Positions 58,301-64,000 of a stretch of DNA of 64,000 bases are shown one piece after another. How positions within the stretch are numbered: the first letter of the stretch is position 1; every line of letters starts with the position of its first letter. The DNA comes from Trichoplax adhaerens. Taxonomy: Eukaryota; Animalia; Placozoa. The notes below the pieces were generated by a model. The model was not told where the DNA came from. It was given only the letters and a program-made list of their open reading frames with translations, and did not search any database. Both the position numbers and the translations under genes were made by a program. Where the stretch lies: positions 891,983 to 955,982 of the forward strand of contig NW_002060948.1 in assembly GCF_000150275.1 (NCBI RefSeq). Direction: 5' to 3'.

Positions 58301-59173
58301 ATTTCATTACTACTGTATGCTATTGACATACGTTTATAAAGTGCTGTAGCATTTATCTTTGTAAGCATTAGATTATATGTGATTGATAAAGTGAATTGAA
58401 TTACAATGTAAAAATCATGAATACTCACTAAAGTACAAAAATGTAGCTGGCACTGTAATACAATTTTTACTATCATAAAAACTTACAATTTTCGCTCTTC
58501 CTCTTTTTGCATCTTACTAGGTAGGTGACCACCATCAAAGACCATAATAGGCTTTACGTTAAAATTTATTAACATTTCTATTCTTTTCATGCAATAATTT
58601 ACGTACCTACATGATGAATAGGATTCAAAAATAAGTAAACAATATTTAAAGTTTTACGAGCCCATGTCATCTTGAGAAAGACGCGCTAAAGTCTATGTGT
58701 TGATAATATCCAATTCATGATTATACGTGAAATATAATTGAATATTAAAAGACTGTGTTGCCAATGTCTGGTGCCAATTTTGCTTAACACTGTTCCAAAA
58801 AGTATTCTCAAGATAGAATTACTAAAACGGTCAATACGCGTATAAATCTAGAATTAAATTTGATACAATACTAAGTTTATAATACTAAGTTTAGTCGTAT
58901 CCGCTTGCCTTTAGAGCTATTAGAATTGTTAATAAATAAAAAGTTCCGCCGATGTACTATACGAGTATGTCGTATAAGTAATAGCATTGTTGATGATCTG
59001 GTCTTCACTTACATTCTCGTAGCCTTGCCTTCGATAATTTCCTTTGAACATCCATAGACCCCTCTATGTAACCAGCAGTACGAATCTACTGCCACAGTAC
59101 AACCAGCAAATTCTTCGATACGAGCAGGTCTTTGAATTGCCTTAAGTAAAGGCAATAAACCTTGAATGCCCAT
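55366..59173 (-). CDS. EXO1: Exonuclease 1 (XPG/FEN1 family)
   Basis: [11 protein letters not shown]…[40 protein letters not shown]…[48 protein letters not shown]; C-terminal PIP-like [11 protein letters not shown]. Confidence 0.97.
56997..57132 (-). other. U12-type GT-AG intron in EXO1
   Basis: Perfect donor GTATCCTT (57132-57125) and branch TTCTTAAC (57014-57007) followed by only TCATTTAAAG. Splicing joins HAGQ to [14 protein letters not shown]. Confidence 0.92.
57983..58091 (-). other. GC-AG intron in EXO1
   Basis: Donor AAG|GCAAG matches the GC-donor consensus. It joins MALELIK to [17 protein letters not shown] without an insertion. Confidence 0.75.
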
Positions 59174-60480
59174 GATTACTCCTTGAAATTTACTTTAGCC
59201 GCAGCACATATAGGTTATAATTGTTAGAAGTCAGTCAGGTTCCTCTTTTTAAAATACACTCTATCCCCGAATGATATAATATACGAGTATGAGGTATAGG
59301 CGAACAATTACCACTAAATCCAATGTAAAAGAGAATTAAGCGCAACCGTGGATACCTATAATCATAATAGGGTGTAAAATATATCAATTTTGACATTCAA
59401 TTAGTAGCATACAGTTATTGATTGATTTGATCGATTCTCGAAATATCAACCTGGTATTTATAGCTGTTAGTTTGTTTACAACATTTAACTGACTGTTCTA
59501 CATAGTTAAAATTTATCCTATTTCAAATAGTGTAGACTTGGTGATGCTCTACTTTGCTATCGTTGTACGTACTTGTATACTGTAGCTCAACGAGGATGTT
59601 ATTGTGACCGACTTGAACAGAAATTTATGGTAAGTCACTCTGCCATAAGGATAATTTCCTTCATCAGAGATTGCCTAATATCGAATTTTATTGAAGTACT
59701 GCATTCTATTATCGTCTCTGATATTTTAAACCAAGGTTACTCCCTGTATAACTATGCATTCATATGGCTATGACATGAAAGAATGAAGAGTAAGATCCTC
59801 GATTTCCAAAGAAATGGACCGTATGAGTTTATTTTTAAACTGATTCATTGTACTGTACATGATTGAAAAAATTAAATGACACTGTTTCTTCCAATCAATG
59901 TTGAAATAATGCAGATTTTAATGCTCATCTGTAAAGAGAATCAAGGATTTGTTGATCATTTTACGTGGTTGGAAATTATTGAACTGCTAGCCAAGTATGT
60001 CGACAGAAATGGATCATCATCAGTCAGCTCCTACTGTATCATGGCATGGTGTCGCTAAATTTTCTATCTTTATGGATAGTATTCATCAAATAATGACATT
60101 ACTCTATACAACATATCACAATTCTACACGTTATTGACTGCTTGCTAGCAACTTGAGGATAGCCTACGACTGTTGTATGTCTTGGAAAAAGCATTTACAC
60201 CTATCAATGGCGCTACCTATCCGATATGATCATGCATCGCTCATGACAGACTGAATTATAGACTTTCTCTCTACTTTGAACTACGATTACACAGTCAATA
60301 ACTTATCATTTAACATTATTCAATCAATCCTAAGGGAAATTTAATAGACTAACTGTGGTCTAATCATGGATAACTGTTTAATTACCTGCCATTTCTACTT
60401 TTTGATCCAAGGTTGCACACCATAAAGTCAAAAGTGTTTGTCAGTGCTGGCAATCCCAGTGTTGAAATACTTGGTGAGAT

Positions 60481-60496
60481 TTCAAGTTTTCCCGCC
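60481..60496 (-). promoter_or_regulatory. E2F/CDE-CHR (DREAM-type) element upstream of EXO1
   Basis: The minus strand reads GGCGGG-AAAA-CTTGAA: a CDE/E2F site, a 4-nt spacer and a CHR variant. It is about 90 bp upstream of a putative first-exon donor at 60385. Confidence 0.6.
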
Positions 60497-60947
60497 GTGG
60501 ATACAGACGTGCAGACAGAGATGTCTGTATGTTCCCTACTGTATGACTCACTGTGTCCAAAACACAGTCGGATTCATACATAGTCCGTCTTTGAGGCTAA
60601 CTATAGGGACAACTATGGACAGTATACCACAGTTACTGTACTGTACACTGTGCAGTAGAGTAGACCAACATGTGTGAAACAAATGTCATATTAAGTCCTT
60701 GTTTTATACTGTAAATACCATTGTCATTTACGACATCTATTTTACTTACATATGTCATCCAATATTTCACTGTACTACTTCGCTGTAGAAGAATAAAATA
60801 GGGCCGGCGCATTATTTTATTTCAAGTACTTTACTGCTTTTCTACGTCTGCTAGGAGGAGAATTAGAATGCCTCCTTCTGACCAGCTAGTGGCCTCTTCT
60901 TTGCCGCTTATTACAGTGGTAGAGTTCGAAGCTCTCTTTGCCATCTT

Positions 60948-61110
60948 TGTACTGTACTGTACAGTATAGTATGGGATAGCAATTCCGGTGTACACTGTAC
61001 AGTACTGTACTGGAGGTGTTTTTGTCTTCACGCATGTTCAGTAAAATACTACAGTGTACAGTGCAGCGTCCTACTGCATAGTACTGTACTGAAGAACGAA
61101 AGTACTGTAA
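60948..61110. promoter_or_regulatory. TACAG/CTGTA arrays at the MED6 promoter (divergent from EXO1)
   Basis: gtactgtactgtacagta, gtacactgtacagtactgtactg, gtactgtactg and agtactgta all lie within 220 bp of the MED6 ATG. Confidence 0.7.
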
Positions 61111-61167
61111 CTTGCGTGAGACACTCAACCATCGAGAGATCCTTGTAGACAGACAATCTTGGAAATC

Positions 61168-63911
61168 ATGGCGGAACCATCGCCGCTGCAAATCTCTTGG
61201 CAAGACAGCAATTGGATCCCCAATCTTACTCCTGATAATGTATTAGACTATTTCTCACAGCGTAGTAACCCATTCTATGATCGAACATGTAATAATGAAG
61301 TGATCAAGATGCAGAGATTAGAAGCATCACGGTTAAAGTAAGCACAGCCAATGAATTGAAACACTGCTACACTTTCATTCTCTATAGCAGATTCTACGAC
61401 GCTTTCTTTTCGACGCGTCGAAATCAATCAAAACGTCATGAAAAATACTGGACTGTTGTAAAATGAACCTTGTACTTTACTATGATGATGGAAGTAGAAT
61501 ACTATTCGGCTTACATTTTCGACATCGACAAGTACCCAGCAGTTTTTCTACCTATTGCGCTATGCCTTAGTATTATCGATGGACTGGTCTAGTACAGTAT
61601 AAGTTATCCAGTTGAATAAATTGCATCTGTCTACATGTGGATTAAAATAGTTACATGCTCCAATTGGTGTAACGAGTTGTTAAGCCAATATAAACAAATA
61701 GGCTCATATCAGGTTTACTCTTGCACGAAATACTGTACTGTATACATTATTTTCTCGGCTTATTATGAATACATCATAAACTACAAAAATGGTTAGGTTC
61801 GAATCTCGGACAAAAACTTCTACTGTCGCAGCATCGAATGTAGGCTACTAAAGAGACTCTTCTCTTTAATAGTCCTTGATCCAATCACGTTTTCATTGTG
61901 AACAATGATCACAAATGTTTTTATGCCATATCCAAGCCACATTATTCCTCTATGCAATAATACTACTGTACATCTAAGAGAGGAACTCACTTCTACTTTT
62001 GTTATTCATTCAAATATTGCAATGGCCTAGATCTTTAACTGGTATTGAATACGATCTAATCCACGTACAAGATCCAATCTTATACATTATACGTAAGCAG
62101 CATAGACATTCACCAACAGAAGGTAAGAATGCATATTTTAACCTACATAACAGAATAGTTTGATCTTTTAAAGACTTAAAGTTGAAACACTGCAGTAATT
62201 GCATTAAACCATAATAACTTTGTTGCAATTGTCATACGTAGTATGGCAATGTTATAGCAATATCCTTCTACTGTATTCTATGTACAGTACTTTTGCGCAA
62301 TCAGAACCTAATACCTATGTTTATTTTATACCATTTAAATTCAAAACTAAGTAAACTCGTAAATGAAATGATGTATTATAGAGTTTTGCTTATATTGTTA
62401 CGGATCAACAGATTAGCTTATAGCGTTGCCATATGACGTTCAAAATACTTTTCGCTTGAACTACAGTAAAATGTATATATAACTACACTAAAATGTGGTA
62501 ATTACAAAATATTGATACTAGTATCCTAGCTAAAAATAAATCTGCAATGACTACAGTGGCCATATTTATAAATTTTTTACAGTTACTCCACTGGCTGAAT
62601 ATTATGTTTTAGCTGGTGTGGTTTACCAAGCTCCTGACCTTGCCTCTGTATTAAATTCCAGATTGGTAAGTTAACGTATTGCAGTGGATTTAGTAACAAA
62701 TGATACGTCACATTGCATACTCTGAAGGACAGTATGTTTATAATGTAATCATATTAAAGATTCAATTCTTTGTCAATCTTATAGCTATCGGCGTTATACC
62801 ATATTCAATCGGCCTATAATGAAGGTATTTTATTACATAAATGAAAAATCTTTGTAAAAAAATTATTATTGTCTTATAACTTTTAAACAGAGTTTAATAT
62901 AATGGTATTACGCCATCCCTGCATTTTAAGAAGAGCGTTGTAATGCTCTTTCACTTGCATATTCAATTATACATACCCTAATATCAGCATCTGGATAAGC
63001 CTACTATAATTAAAATTGCCATTCAAATATGTAATTGGACTCTTGATACTTTTATTAGTCGTGCTATTCTAAATTTTACATACTGTCTCAATGTAATCAG
63101 CTGGCAAAGTTTAATTGCAAGATAACAACCCTGCTAATTGCTACACCGCCTGATAATCCTATTATATCCTATATTCTGATATAATATACTTTAAAATATA
63201 TATAATTATAGCAATGTCCTATTCACGTTTTGAAGCTGGTAAAGATTATTACTGGGAATTTGAAAAGAAAGGTATAACGTCTCCTAGAAGACCATGTCTT
63301 TAAAATACCTATCTTTAATATGTATCTGTAATATTACTCATGTTGAGGTATCTCCTTCAATAATGTAGCAAAATCGAAAGCAGCTTCTTCAAACCGTCAT
63401 GAACTTTCCAGTACCTTGTTTCAGAGGAAAAAAGTCGATGCAGTATTGACAGACTTTTCAAAAAAATTCCCCCCAAAACACATCAAGGTTGCAAACTTGT
63501 CAATATCTCAATTTCATATCATCGAAATTATATCCATTAAATAACCTAAATATATTATATACATTTATATTTTAGCCTTCTTTTTGGGGAAGTCAGCAAT
63601 CCAATGGTAAGGCGATTAATAATAGTGCATGCGGATGTAAATTGTTAATTATAACACCATGGGAAGAGCAATTTATCTATTTAACACTAACCCTATCTAT
63701 GAAATTTCCTTCCTCTTATCGCTATGACTATCAAGGTGTAGATAATCCTGATGGTGTCACTCAGGCTGACAACCAAAACGTCAAAAACCAAGGCAGAAAT
63801 GATCTTTTGGAGAATGGGCAAAAACATTTACGTGATAACTTCAATACTGGCAATGAATTAACCGAAAACATCGATGCACAAATGATACCTAACAAAAAGA
63901 GGAAACTGTAA
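61168..63911 (+). CDS. MED6: Mediator subunit 6, about 8 exons
   Basis: [106 protein letters not shown]…KFPP; ends in the NLS-like PNKKRKL. Confidence 0.96.
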
Positions 63912-64000
63912 ATTTATTGCAAATTTCGCCAATCGATTACTTAAGTGATTATACGTATCTTGGCTTACTATATAGTAATGTAAAAACATTAAAAACTTTT

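Noticed and set aside
58867-58894. 14-bp tandem duplication and scattered (TA)n microsatellites
   Set aside because: Ordinary slippage products in introns and UTRs.
61796-61806. GGTTCGAATC resembling a tRNA T-loop/B box in MED6 intron 1
   Set aside because: No A box, acceptor stem or cloverleaf around it.

Overview
AT-rich, gene-dense eukaryotic (animal) DNA with short GT-AG introns. The composition and gene content suggest a placozoan (Trichoplax-like) genome, but this is an inference. Stitching exons by hand gives 12 protein-coding genes, in order: an unidentified N-myristoylation-motif gene running off the left edge (-), SSSCA1/ZNRD2 (-), COG2 (+), SAYSD1 (-), ERG28 (+), pecanex (+), MRM1 (+), TFB2M (-), a mixed-lineage kinase of the MAP3K9/10/11/21 type (+), a plant DEX1-like FG-GAP membrane protein (+), EXO1 (-) and MED6 (+). 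There is a 587-N assembly gap at 40006-40592. No tRNA, rRNA, CRISPR or transposase was found. Main observations: (1) arrays of the pentamer TACAG/CTGTA with palindromic switch points cluster at the 5' ends of most housekeeping genes, a candidate lineage-specific promoter element; (2) the gene set matches the human 1q42-44 / 11q13 / 14q24 paralogon, an apparently ancient pecanex-MLK linkage block; (3) U12-type introns occur in EXO1 and probably pecanex, plus a GC-AG intron in EXO1; (4) a CDE/CHR (DREAM) element lies upstream of EXO1; (5) a duplicated, structurally conserved H/ACA-like RNA candidate sits at 38.4-38.8 kb. Gene identities and human map positions come from recalled family knowledge, not from database searches.
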